Under the pieces are notes generated by a model, which had not been told where the DNA came from, did not search any database, and saw only the letters and a program-made list of their open reading frames with translations. Shown piece by piece: positions 19,146-28,949 of a stretch of DNA of 64,000 nt. Origin of the DNA: Polyangiaceae bacterium (GTDB lineage Bacteria > Myxococcota_A > Polyangia > Polyangiales > Polyangiaceae). The DNA is taken from assembly GCA_044376115.1 (NCBI GenBank), contig JBILLK010000019.1, positions 32,001-96,000 on the forward strand. The letters are read 5' to 3'. The position numbers and the translations under genes were made by a program. Within the stretch, counting starts at the first letter, position 1, and the number at the start of each line of letters is the position of its first letter.

Positions 19146-20849
19146 TCAGCCGTTGGCTTCGAGCTCACGGAACAGCGGAACGAGCTCGGGCTTGGCACGC
19201 AACGGCGCGCAGAACCGGGTGGCCAACATCAACAGCTCGCCCTCGAGCGCTTCGGCCTTGCGGCCCATCTCGGTGATCAGGCTGCGCGACTCCTCACGCC
19301 GCTCCTCCACCTCACGGTTGTGCGAATCGAGCCCGGAGCGGAGCTCTTTGATCTGGTAGTCGATGTCGGCGAACTGCCCGTCCATGTCTTGGATGGCGCG
19401 ATCGATCTCACGTTGCTTGCCGCGTGCGACCAGCCACTCGTCGAGGATGCTGGCGAGGTCACGGTAAAGCTTCGCGAGCTCGGGATACGGCTCGGTGAAG
19501 GCCGAGCGACCTTCCCAAAAGACCGTCTCCTTGTGCACCACCAGCAGCCGCGCACCGAAGGCCTCATTGCCTTCCATCATGGTTGCGAGCACTGCCTTCT
19601 GATCGCGCACCTCTTCACGCATACGCGAGGCGTCTTGCGTGAGCGTGTCCATCGCTTGGCCGAACCGCGCGTACGCTTCACGGCCCTCTTGCTCGACGAT
19701 CTCGAGCTTGGCTTGCTCTTCGTAGGCGCGTTTGCGCAGGGTCTCGACCTCAGCCACTTTGGCCTCGATCTCGCTCAGGATGCGCTGCGAATCTGCGGGT
19801 TTGGCGGCTGGGAAGCCGCGTTTCAACATCTCCTCGAACAGCTTGGCGCGCCGGCCCCAAAGCTGGGCCTCGCCCGCCTTGAGCTGACGGCTCGGCGGCG
19901 GCAACTCCGCCTCGATCTCCGCAGGCAGCTCGACCCGAAGCTCTTCAGCGATCTTGCGCAGCCGCGCGAGCACCGATTGCGCGTCCACCGGCCGATCATG
20001 CGGCGCTTTCGACATCATGTCGTGGATCAGCCGGTCGAGCGACTCGGGCACGTCTTTCTGCCGGCTCTGCACGTGAGGAGCAGGCTCGCTCATGTGTTTG
20101 ACCAACATCGTCGGAGCGTTGGGCGCCTCGAACGGCAACGTGCCGGAGAGCATCTCGAACAGGATGATGCCCAGCGAATAAATATCCGCGGAAGGCCCGG
20201 CCTCGGTGGAGGAGCCTTGCTCGGGCGCCATGTACTCGGGCGTGCCGAAGATCTCCCCGACGCTCGTCAGCCGCGAATCATGCTTGCTGCGGGCGATGCC
20301 GAAATCCAGCAGCTTGATGCGGTCTTCTTTGAGGACGAACACGTTCTCCGGCTTGAGATCGCGATGGACGACCTCGAAGTCGTGTGCGCGGGCGAGCGCG
20401 CGGCTCATCTGCGCGGCCAGCTTGATCGTGCGCGCCACGTTGATGCGCCCTTTGCCGATCAGCGTCGCCAGACTCGACCCCTCGAGCAGCTCCATCACCA
20501 GGAAGGCGGTGCCGTCGTCGGTCTCGCCCTGATCGAAAACGTCGATGATGTTGGGGTGGGCCAAGCGTTGCGCGTGCCGTGCCTCACGGCGGAACCGCTC
20601 TTGGGCCGTGGGATCGCGAACCACTTCCCCGTGCAGCACTTTGATCGCGCACGGCCGGTCCACCAGCTTGTGGCGAGCCCGGTACACGGTAGCCATGCCG
20701 CCTTCCCCGAGGATCTCCTCGAGGACATAGCGACCGGCAAGCGTGGTTCCTAGCCGGGGATCCGGCAGACTTTCGAGCGAAGCGCCATCCACGAAGCAGA
20801 AGCTGCTTTCATGCGGATAGCGCTGTTGGCACTGGGGACAGCTCTTCAC
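19146..20849 (-). CDS. Ser/Thr protein kinase with an N-terminal Cys knuckle and C-terminal coiled coil
   Basis: GEGGMATVY, AIKVL, HRDLKPEN, DFG and GTPEYMAPE motifs. Confidence 0.93.
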   Translation of the reverse strand: MKSCPQCQQRYPHESSFCFVDGASLESLPDPRLGTTLAGRYVLEEILGEGGMATVYRARHKLVDRPCAIKVLHGEVVRDPTAQERFRREARHAQRLAHPNIIDVFDQGETDDGTAFLVMELLEGSSLATLIGKGRINVARTIKLAAQMSRALARAHDFEVVHRDLKPENVFVLKEDRIKLLDFGIARSKHDSRLTSVGEIFGTPEYMAPEQGSSTEAGPSADIYSLGIILFEMLSGTLPFEAPNAPTMLVKHMSEPAPHVQSRQKDVPESLDRLIHDMMSKAPHDRPVDAQSVLARLRKIAEELRVELPAEIEAELPPPSRQLKAGEAQLWGRRAKLFEEMLKRGFPAAKPADSQRILSEIEAKVAEVETLRKRAYEEQAKLEIVEQEGREAYARFGQAMDTLTQDASRMREEVRDQKAVLATMMEGNEAFGARLLVVHKETVFWEGRSAFTEPYPELAKLYRDLASILDEWLVARGKQREIDRAIQDMDGQFADIDYQIKELRSGLDSHNREVEERREESRSLITEMGRKAEALEGELLMLATRFCAPLRAKPELVPLFRELEANG

Positions 20850-20905
20850 CTGGGCGTCACTCTAGGGGGGGTGGTCGGTAGATTCACCAAAAATTTATTC
20901 TCGGC

Positions 20906-22471
20906 TCACGGACGGATCGACTTGCTCACGCGCGAAAGCAGCCCGCCACCGCCGAGCAACAGACCAAAGGCTTTGCGCAGCCTGGAAAGCCCAACGTCAG
21001 TGTAGGGGAACCACATCGGGTTGTTGTTGCCCAGCCCAATGCGGTCCACGTTGACGTGCCGCACGTTGCACATCTCGCGCAACGCGTCCTCGCCGAGCAC
21101 GCGTCCGAAGCCCGACTGCTTGATGCCACCGAAGGGCGTTTCGGGCATGCCACCGTTGGTGAGCACGTCGTTGACGAGCACGCTACCCGCCTCGACGCGC
21201 GCCGCGAAGGCCTCACCGTAGCTGCGGTCTTTGCTGAAGACGTAGGCATTGAGCCCGAGGTGCGAACGGTTGGCGAGGCTGAGCGCTTCCTCGTCCGAAT
21301 CGACGCGCATGATCGGCACGACCGGCCCGAAGATCTCCTCGGTCATTACGGTCATCGTCGAGTTGCAGTTGGTTAGCACGGTGGGCTGGAAGAAATTGCC
21401 TTTGCCCTCGATGCGATGCCCGCCGGTCGCGAGCACCGCGCCTTTGGCGAGCGCATCGGCGATGTGGGCCTCGGCTACGTCCATCTGCTTGGGGAAGATG
21501 ATCGCGCCGACGTCCACCGTCTGCAGCTGCGGATCTCCCACGCGCAGCGCGCGCGTTCGCTCGATGATGCGCCGTTCGAGCTGATCGGCGATCGACTTAT
21601 GGGCGTAGACGCGCTCGACCGCGATGCAGATCTGACCGCTGTTAGCGAATCCGCCGGAGACAGCCGCGTGCGCTGCGAGCTCCACATCGGCGTCGGAGCA
21701 GGCGATCAGCGGTGCCTTCCCGCCGAGCTCCATCACGCACGGGATCAGCCGTTCTCCGCACATCGCCGCGACCCGACGGCCGGTGGCGACGCCGCCGGTG
21801 AAGACGCAGAAGTCGATGCCACCGTCGATCAACGCAGCCCCGGTCGCGCCGTAGCCAGTCACGACTTGGAACAGCTCCGGCGGTAAGCCCGCGTCGTCCC
21901 AGACCTGCTTCGCTTTGAGCGCGATCAGCGGGGTCACCTCGCTCGGTTTGAGCACCACGGCGTTGCCCGCGACCACGGCCATGAACAAATCGCGCAGCGG
22001 CATGAACAACGGGAAATTCCAGGGCGTAATCAGGCCCACCACTCCGCGCGGTGAGTAATAAAGCGTGGCCCGCCGATGTTTCGCCAGCGTCATCTCCACC
22101 GCGCGCGGCGCCAGCAGCTTCTCTGCGTGCTTCGCGAAATACTGGCCGCAAATAGCGGAGGCCGAGACCTCGTGCAGGTAGGCCTCAAAGGCTGGTTTAC
22201 CGGCCTCGCGGGAGATCAGGTCGCAGAGCTCCTCCTGGCGATCGATCAGCGCGTGGACGTAGCTCAGCAGGCGTCGTGCGCGCTCGGCGACCGGAAGTGC
22301 GCCCCAGCTCGCCTGTGCTTTGCGTGCGCGTTCCACCGCGGCCCGTACTTCCTCCGCCCCGAACACCGGTACTTCACCGATGACCTTGCCCGAGGCAGGC
22401 GAGCGAACGGTGATCCGTTCGCGTTCCCGCTGGGTGCTGCTTGACGGGGTGCTCGTTACCACTGCTTCCAT
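20906..22471 (-). CDS. Aldehyde dehydrogenase
   Basis: ITPWNFP, LKPSE, FTGG, MELGGK, NSGQICIA, EEIFGP and PFGGIKQSG motifs. Confidence 0.95.
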   Translation of the reverse strand: MEAVVTSTPSSSTQRERERITVRSPASGKVIGEVPVFGAEEVRAAVERARKAQASWGALPVAERARRLLSYVHALIDRQEELCDLISREAGKPAFEAYLHEVSASAICGQYFAKHAEKLLAPRAVEMTLAKHRRATLYYSPRGVVGLITPWNFPLFMPLRDLFMAVVAGNAVVLKPSEVTPLIALKAKQVWDDAGLPPELFQVVTGYGATGAALIDGGIDFCVFTGGVATGRRVAAMCGERLIPCVMELGGKAPLIACSDADVELAAHAAVSGGFANSGQICIAVERVYAHKSIADQLERRIIERTRALRVGDPQLQTVDVGAIIFPKQMDVAEAHIADALAKGAVLATGGHRIEGKGNFFQPTVLTNCNSTMTVMTEEIFGPVVPIMRVDSDEEALSLANRSHLGLNAYVFSKDRSYGEAFAARVEAGSVLVNDVLTNGGMPETPFGGIKQSGFGRVLGEDALREMCNVRHVNVDRIGLGNNNPMWFPYTDVGLSRLRKAFGLLLGGGGLLSRVSKSIRP

Positions 22472-22536
22472 GCCAACCTCCGAGGTGCGCTCATCTTACG
22501 GTGCTGGTTGCGCGTGCCAACCCGTGTTCTTGCTAT

Positions 22537-24918
22537 ATGTCGCTGATGCTGGACGAGGATTGTGACCGCGCGCTGTTGGGCCTGCACCCGGATCCGCACA
22601 CGATCTTGGGCGTCCACGAGGCTGCTGGCGTCCGCAGCGCGCGGATTGGCGCCGATTCGGGGTCGAAGGTGTGGGTTGCGCCGCTCGGCTCGGAGACCTG
22701 GGTGAGGCTGAACGCCACGCGTGTGGTGCGCCCGCAACAAGGGCCGATGCGCAGCCTTTATTCCGCCGAAGTGAGCTTCTTCGGGCCGCTTGCGGTGAGG
22801 GTGCAGTCGCCCGCCGGGGTGCAGCGCCGCGAGCTGGATCCGTACACCTTCTCGCCGTCTGTCGGTGAGCAGGAGCTGTCCGCGTTTGCGCATGGTCATC
22901 ACCACCAGCTCTCGGAGCTGCTCGGCGCGCGCGTGTTGACCCATCAAGGCGTGCGCGGGACTCGTTTCACCGTCTGGGCGCCATCGGCGTTGGCTGCGCG
23001 GGTGGTCGGCGATTTCAATGATTGGGTTGGCGCAGCGCACGCGATGCGGCGGCTGGCCTTCGGCGTGTGGGAGCTGTTCATCCCGCGCGAGCTCGAGGGC
23101 GCGCACTACAAGTTCGAGATCGTCACCCGCAAAGGGGTGATCGAGAAGAGCGACCCGCTGGCTCGCGCGATGGAGCTGAGGCCCAACACCGCGTCGATCG
23201 TTTGGGTCTCGCGGCACGAGTGGAAGGACGCAGACTACCGCGCAAAGCTCGGTAAGGCGTCGCCTGCAGCGCGTTCGGCGATGAGCATCTACGAAGTGCA
23301 CCTCGGCTCCTGGAAGCGGCCAGCTGCGGGCGAGGGGATCCAGCCGCCGTCAGCTGAAGATTTGCCGTTCCCGAGCTACCGCGCGCTGGCCGATGAGCTC
23401 GTCGACTATGTGCACGATCTCGGCTTTACGCACATCGAGCTCTTGCCGGTGACCGAGCATCCGTACGACGGCTCGTGGGGCTATCAGGTCTCCGGCTACT
23501 TCTCGCCCACGGCGCGCCACGGTACGCCCGACGACTTCAAGTACTTCGTTGATAAGTGCCATTCGCGCGGCATCGGCGTGCTGCTCGACTGGGTGCCGGC
23601 GCACTTCCCGCGAGATGCTGCTGCGCTCGGTCGCTTCGACGGCACGCCGCTCTACGAGCATTGGAACCCGCTGCGCGGTGAACACCGCCAATGGGAGACC
23701 TTCATCTTCGATTGGGGCCGGCCCGAGGTGAAGAACTTCCTCATCTCGAGCGCGCTGCATTTCCTCGAGGAGTATCACCTCGACGGCCTGCGCGTGGATG
23801 CCGTCGCCAGCATGCTTTACCTCGACTACGCCGCCAATCACCCGAGTCAGTGGGAGCCGAACGTGCACGGCGGCCGCGAGAACCTCGAGGCCGTCGCCTT
23901 CCTACGCGAGCTGACCAGCACCGTGCACGAGCGCTGCCCCGCGGCGATCCTCGCCGCCGAGGAGTCCACCTCCTGGCCCGGCGTGACGCGGCCCGCTTAC
24001 GCCGGCGGCTTGGGCTTCGACCTCAAGTGGAACATGGGCTGGATGCATGATTCGCTCAACTACTTCTCGCTCGATCCGATCTTCCGATCGTACCGACATA
24101 CGCTGCTTACCTTCGGCTTGATGTACGCCTTCAGCGAGCGCTACGTGCTGCCCTTCTCGCACGATGAGGTGGTTCATCTGAAGCGCTCGCTGCACGGGCG
24201 CATGCCGGGAGACGCCTGGCAAAAGGCGGCAACGCTGCGTTCGATGTACGCCTTCATGTGGTCGCACCCGGGCAAGAAGCTTTTGTTCATGGGCGGAGAG
24301 CTCGGACAGCGCACCGAATGGAACGAGGCCTCGGAGTTGCCGTGGGAGTTGCTCGCGGACCCACTGCATCGCGGGCTACAGGCGGTGGTACGTGAACTCA
24401 ACCGCGTGCTGCGCGCTCACCCCGCGCTGTACGAGCTCGACGACGAGCAGGCCGGCTTTCAGTGGATCGACGCCAACGATGCGCCGCAGTCGGTGATCTC
24501 CTTCGTGCGCTTTGCGCGCTCCCAGCTATTGGCCAGGCCGACCGGCGTGTTCGTGGTGGTGGTCGGTAACTTCACGCCCATCATTCGGCGCGAGTACCGC
24601 GTGGGGGTTCCGCGCGGCGGCCGGTATCGTGAGCTGCTCAACACCGATGCAGCGGTTTATGGCGGTAGCAACGTTGGTAACCTGGGCCTCGTGGAGAGCG
24701 AGTCGAGCCCGTCGCATGGCTTCGCCCATTCGCTCTCGTTGACGCTACCGCCTCTCGGTGTGCTCTACTTGGTGCCCGAAGACGAAGGCGCTGCGAGCGA
24801 AGCCGAGCTGCTCGAGGAAGCCCAACGGCTGGCTGCGCGCGCAACGCCCCGAGAGTTGGATGGGCCGTCTTCCGACCCGAAAGACCCAACGCCGTCTGCG
24901 CAGGAGAACCGAAGTTGA
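22537..24918 (+). CDS. glgB: 1,4-alpha-glucan branching enzyme
   Basis: IYEVHLGSW, SWGYQ, LDWVPAHFP, GLRVDAVASMLY, AEEST and LPFSHDEVVH motifs. Confidence 0.96.
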   Translation: MSLMLDEDCDRALLGLHPDPHTILGVHEAAGVRSARIGADSGSKVWVAPLGSETWVRLNATRVVRPQQGPMRSLYSAEVSFFGPLAVRVQSPAGVQRRELDPYTFSPSVGEQELSAFAHGHHHQLSELLGARVLTHQGVRGTRFTVWAPSALAARVVGDFNDWVGAAHAMRRLAFGVWELFIPRELEGAHYKFEIVTRKGVIEKSDPLARAMELRPNTASIVWVSRHEWKDADYRAKLGKASPAARSAMSIYEVHLGSWKRPAAGEGIQPPSAEDLPFPSYRALADELVDYVHDLGFTHIELLPVTEHPYDGSWGYQVSGYFSPTARHGTPDDFKYFVDKCHSRGIGVLLDWVPAHFPRDAAALGRFDGTPLYEHWNPLRGEHRQWETFIFDWGRPEVKNFLISSALHFLEEYHLDGLRVDAVASMLYLDYAANHPSQWEPNVHGGRENLEAVAFLRELTSTVHERCPAAILAAEESTSWPGVTRPAYAGGLGFDLKWNMGWMHDSLNYFSLDPIFRSYRHTLLTFGLMYAFSERYVLPFSHDEVVHLKRSLHGRMPGDAWQKAATLRSMYAFMWSHPGKKLLFMGGELGQRTEWNEASELPWELLADPLHRGLQAVVRELNRVLRAHPALYELDDEQAGFQWIDANDAPQSVISFVRFARSQLLARPTGVFVVVVGNFTPIIRREYRVGVPRGGRYRELLNTDAAVYGGSNVGNLGLVESESSPSHGFAHSLSLTLPPLGVLYLVPEDEGAASEAELLEEAQRLAARATPRELDGPSSDPKDPTPSAQENRS

Positions 24919-25538
24919 ATCGCACCCCTCGCCGACGTGACCGCAGTCCTGCTTTGATGGATAAGGTCGCCTACGCGGTGCACACCCGCTCGTGCACCTT
25001 CTTGCTCGATACTAACGGCCTTTGCCACTGGATCGTTTCGCGCACTGGTGTGTTGCCCACCGAGGTCCGCGGCTGTGTTGGGGCGCAGTTCGTCGCTTGT
25101 TTGCACCCCGAGCTCGAGGGTTCGCTGGCGGGGGAGTTGGTGATCGGCGCGGCGGCTTTGTTCGTGAAGCAAGACGAGGAGTCTGGCGCTTTTGCGCTGA
25201 TGCGCAGCGGCGTCATCCTGCACGTCGAACAAAGGGGCGCGGCCAGGCAAAGCGTCGCCGATGGCGTCTTGAGCGACGATACCTTGGACTTGAAGGGCCC
25301 GCCGATGTCGGCGGTGCCTCCGCCGATGTCGGTGCCTCCGCCGATGAGCGGCTACCCGGCCTCGCGCGGTGGGGACACGATCCCTCCGCCCCCGGTCCAG
25401 CTGCCTGCGCCGCTCGAGATGGAGGAGCTCGATCTGGAGCCCGATCCTTCGGCTCCGCAGCTGCGGCCCATCGACCATGAGTCGACGGTGACCCTTACGT
25501 TGCCGCTGTTTCGTCCGGACGCGCCCCGTCGGGTGTAG
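24915..25538 (+). CDS. Hypothetical protein with a Pro-rich tail
   Basis: ORF overlapping the glgB stop; folded-looking N-terminus (VHTRSCTFLLD..G.C). Confidence 0.6.
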   Translation: MNRTPRRRDRSPALMDKVAYAVHTRSCTFLLDTNGLCHWIVSRTGVLPTEVRGCVGAQFVACLHPELEGSLAGELVIGAAALFVKQDEESGAFALMRSGVILHVEQRGAARQSVADGVLSDDTLDLKGPPMSAVPPPMSVPPPMSGYPASRGGDTIPPPPVQLPAPLEMEELDLEPDPSAPQLRPIDHESTVTLTLPLFRPDAPRRV

Positions 25539-25624
25539 CCCCGCGAGCCGGTGTTCCGCCGAAGGCGGTCCAGCCGTTTGGTTAACCGCCCGACCCGAAT
25601 TCGTGTACTTAAGCTGTATTACCC

Positions 25625-27028
25625 ATGAGCGACACACACGCCCAACAGCGATACCGTGTCCTTGAGCGACTCGCGTCGGGCGGCATGGCGGAGGTCTTCG
25701 TCGCCGAAAGCGCAGGCATCGAGGGGTTCAAGAAACGCGTGGCCATCAAGCGCGTCTTGCCTCACCTCTCGGAGAAGAAGCGCTTCATCTCGATGTTCTT
25801 GGATGAAGCTCGGCTCTCGGCCCAGCTCTCCCACTCCAACTGCGTGCAGGTGTTCGACATCGGCGTTGGCGACAACGCCTACTTCATCGTCATGGAGTAC
25901 GTCGACGGCGCCGATCTCAAGGGCGTCAACGACTACCTGAAGAACAACGGCCGGGTCTTCCCAGTGGAGATCGCTGTAGCGATCGCGATCCGCATTTGTG
26001 AAGGGCTCGCCTACGCGCACGAACTCACCACCTCGGACAACCAGCCGCTCTCGATCGTGCACCGCGACATGTCCCCGCCCAACGTGCTCATCACCAAGCA
26101 CGGCGAGGTGAAGATCGTGGACTTCGGTCTGGCCAAGGCCTCCAGCCAGCTCGAGAAGAGCGAACCCGGAATCATCAAGGGCAAGTTCAGCTACCTCTCC
26201 CCGGAGGCTGCGCGCGGTGAAGAAGTGGATCCGCGCACCGACATCTTTGCGGTCGGCATCATCTTGTGGGAGCTGCTGTCGGGCAAACGCCTGTTCATGG
26301 GAGACACCGACTTCGCGACGGTGCAGCTCGTTCAGCGCGCCAACATCCCGCCGCTCTCCGGCATCCGCTCGGATTCTCCGCCCGAGCTCGATCGCATTCT
26401 CAGTCGCGCGCTCGCTCAGGACGTTAAGTCGCGCTACGCCACGGCCCGTGATCTGGGTCGGGATTTGACGGCCTTCCTTTACCGCTTCGGCAAGCCGGTC
26501 AGCGCCTTCGATATCGCGGAGCTGGTGCGCGGGGCGATGTCGCTGCGCAAGCAGCGCAAGCCCGACAAATCGTCGAACATCATCGACAAGCTGATTGAAG
26601 AGGCGCTGTTCGAGTTCACCTCGTTGCAAGACAAGGCCGGTAACTCGCCCACGCCGGAAAAGCGTGAGGAGCTCAAGCTCGACGATATCGGCAAGTGGGT
26701 GGACGAGGTGAGCGCCTCGCAAATCCCCGCCCCCCGTTCAGACAGCGAGACGCAGATCCGCGCCAGTATCCAGCGTGCAACGCTCGAGATCGGTATCGGC
26801 AACCTGGCCGCGCTCGAGGATGACTTCGCAAGCCCAGCAACTCCGGAGCCCCAGCGTACCTCCGGCGGCCCGCCCCCAGCGGTCTACCCGGTGGGCCCCG
26901 CTGGAAGTAAGCGGCCGGAGGCGCTCGAGAAAAAGGGCGGCGTCTCTCCACTCGTTTACGTGATGGTGGTCGTGCTGCTCGGCGCGTTGGTCGCGGGGGC
27001 TTGGTTCCTCGGGCTGATTCCGCACTGA
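25625..27028 (+). CDS. Membrane-anchored Ser/Thr protein kinase
   Basis: ASGGMAEVF, VAIKR, HRDMSPPNV, DFGLAK and GKFSYLSPE motifs; C-terminal TM helix. Confidence 0.93.
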   Translation: MSDTHAQQRYRVLERLASGGMAEVFVAESAGIEGFKKRVAIKRVLPHLSEKKRFISMFLDEARLSAQLSHSNCVQVFDIGVGDNAYFIVMEYVDGADLKGVNDYLKNNGRVFPVEIAVAIAIRICEGLAYAHELTTSDNQPLSIVHRDMSPPNVLITKHGEVKIVDFGLAKASSQLEKSEPGIIKGKFSYLSPEAARGEEVDPRTDIFAVGIILWELLSGKRLFMGDTDFATVQLVQRANIPPLSGIRSDSPPELDRILSRALAQDVKSRYATARDLGRDLTAFLYRFGKPVSAFDIAELVRGAMSLRKQRKPDKSSNIIDKLIEEALFEFTSLQDKAGNSPTPEKREELKLDDIGKWVDEVSASQIPAPRSDSETQIRASIQRATLEIGIGNLAALEDDFASPATPEPQRTSGGPPPAVYPVGPAGSKRPEALEKKGGVSPLVYVMVVVLLGALVAGAWFLGLIPH

Positions 27029-27085
27029 GTTTACACACCAGAGGGTTGCAAAGCAGCGGCTCGCGGCTTGGTGGACGGCGGGCGG

Positions 27086-27144
27086 GGTCCCCCCGCGAGC
27101 GCGCAGCGCGAGTTTGGGGGGACCGGGCGAGCGAAGCGAGACCG
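27086..27144. repeat. REP-like double hairpin with GNA-triloop/tandem-GA motifs
   Basis: GGTCCCCCC...GGGGGGACC stem enclosing CGAGCGC-GCA-GCGCGAG, followed by CGAGC-GAA-GCGAG. Confidence 0.5.
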
Positions 27145-27437
27145 AGGGGGGCATCAACATTTGCCTCGTTGTTGAACGGGTTGGCCTGGAGACGGCCGTT
27201 CGTGTGGAGCCCGTGCGGCGGGCCACCGAGGGGATGCGTTTGGCGAGCGATGATCGCTGCGATTTTGCGGGCATTGGTCACGCTGGGCCGCCGCTCGCGC
27301 GTTGGGGCGATCGTCGATCGGGCTGGCGTGGGCGCCCATTCGGCCGGAGATAAACCATCTGCGGCCGTAAGCGCCGAACGGGGCGCGGTTGCTTGGCGAG
27401 GGGCGGACTCGGGCTGATGACCTGCCGAAAAGCGCCC

Positions 27438-28730
27438 TCAGCCGGCCTTCGCTGCTCGCAAACGCGGTGGGCGAATCACTGGCAGTTGCCAGACGTTGGC
27501 CGGAGGCGGCTCGGAGCGGACTTCGGGGCGCATGGCAATCCCGAAGGCGTCGAAGGCTTTTTGGCGTTCGGGGTTGAGCGCGGCGATGCGCTCGAGCAGC
27601 GTCTCGTAGCTGATGAAGAGCTCCTCGCGACAGCCGTCGCCGAGCTCTCGTTTCAACGCTAACTCGCGGGCGGTGGGCGTGCGTTTGGCGATCTCACGGA
27701 CGTAGGGCGCGAGCGCGCGGATCAGCGCGACGGCGACCTGCTCGGGGCGGGGGATTTCGCTCACCGATACGCCGCCGAGCAAGGCGGAGGTCATGCGCGT
27801 GCGGTAGGCCACGAGTTGGCCGATGTGGGTCGTGACGACGGACCAAATGCGGTGGAGCATCGATGCGTCAGTGGCGCCCAATTGCTCGCCCTCGGCGAGC
27901 GGATAGCCGGCCTTGTCCACGCGTGTGGCCGTGACGATTTGTGAACCTTCGCCGGTGAACACGAAGTCGATGCCGCTCGAGGGCTTCCTCGGGTGCGTCG
28001 AAAGCCGCATGCTGGCCTTCTCCGGCGTCAACATCACCTGCGTCACGAACAGCTGGGTGAGCCCAACCGACGAGGGGCGGGCTTTGCGCAAGAGCGGCTT
28101 GAGCATGAGCGAGATGCTGGCGTCGATGCCCAACACGGCGAGCTGGGGCGCGCGCGCGAAAATGTGGTCGGGCGGGATTTGCAGATCGAAGCGTGCATCG
28201 AGCCCGAACGGTGTGCGTGCGTAGAGCTCGGCTTGGGTCGGGCTTTGCGTACCGCCCGATTGCCAACGAATGCCCCACGCCGTCTCCGGTAGTTCGTACG
28301 ACGAGAGAAAGGTCGAGAGCGCTGGCAGTACGTGCGAGCGCGGGGCCTTGGCCAAGGCGGCGGAGATGCGGCTGTCGCGCGCGGCGAGCACCTCGCTGCT
28401 CGCCATTTCTACCGTGGACATCGCCGACTCGCGAATGCGCGCGAGCACCTGCTCACCGACCGGTCCGCTGCGCCCGAGGGTGGGCCGTTGCACCGGCGGC
28501 GGGGTGAGATCCTCCGCTCCGAACGCCGACTCGAGCCGCCTAACGACGCCGGCGATTTGCGCAAGCTCGCGGGTCGCCCGCTCTTCGGCCTCGCGCACCA
28601 ATTGGCTACACTCGGTCACCAGATCGTCCGCCCGCAGGATGGCTGCGCAGGCGTCGGTCCCGGCGCAGATGGTTGCCAGGAAGTTCTGCGGCAACGGGAA
28701 CGGTGTACAATCGGCGAACAAGTAGCGCAT
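27438..28730 (-). CDS. Conserved-looking hypothetical protein (helical N-terminus, beta-rich C-terminus)
   Basis: 430-aa ORF with GAGG RBS and typical codon usage. Confidence 0.7.
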   Translation of the reverse strand: MRYLFADCTPFPLPQNFLATICAGTDACAAILRADDLVTECSQLVREAEERATRELAQIAGVVRRLESAFGAEDLTPPPVQRPTLGRSGPVGEQVLARIRESAMSTVEMASSEVLAARDSRISAALAKAPRSHVLPALSTFLSSYELPETAWGIRWQSGGTQSPTQAELYARTPFGLDARFDLQIPPDHIFARAPQLAVLGIDASISLMLKPLLRKARPSSVGLTQLFVTQVMLTPEKASMRLSTHPRKPSSGIDFVFTGEGSQIVTATRVDKAGYPLAEGEQLGATDASMLHRIWSVVTTHIGQLVAYRTRMTSALLGGVSVSEIPRPEQVAVALIRALAPYVREIAKRTPTARELALKRELGDGCREELFISYETLLERIAALNPERQKAFDAFGIAMRPEVRSEPPPANVWQLPVIRPPRLRAAKAG

Positions 28731-28949
28731 GGGGCCTCACGGGACCCGAATCTCCTTAAAGACCCGGGAATTGCGCTGTCACAGCAAGCCACATACCGCT
28801 CTGAATCCGACTCGTGGCAACGGATAGAAACAGCTGGGTTGGATGCCGTTGCACTTGAGATGCAATCCTTCAACAACGACGGCCGGGATGGATGGACCAG
28901 TGATCCATCAGGACTGAGCGGGCGGGGACCGATCGCCGTCACCCTCCGC

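Noticed and set aside
27030..27437. RNase P RNA, tmRNA or fluoride riboswitch in the long intergenic gap
   Set aside because: No GAGGAAAGTCC core, no T-arm before the minus-strand TCCACCA, and GCTGATGAC lacks the matching 5' GGCGATGG element
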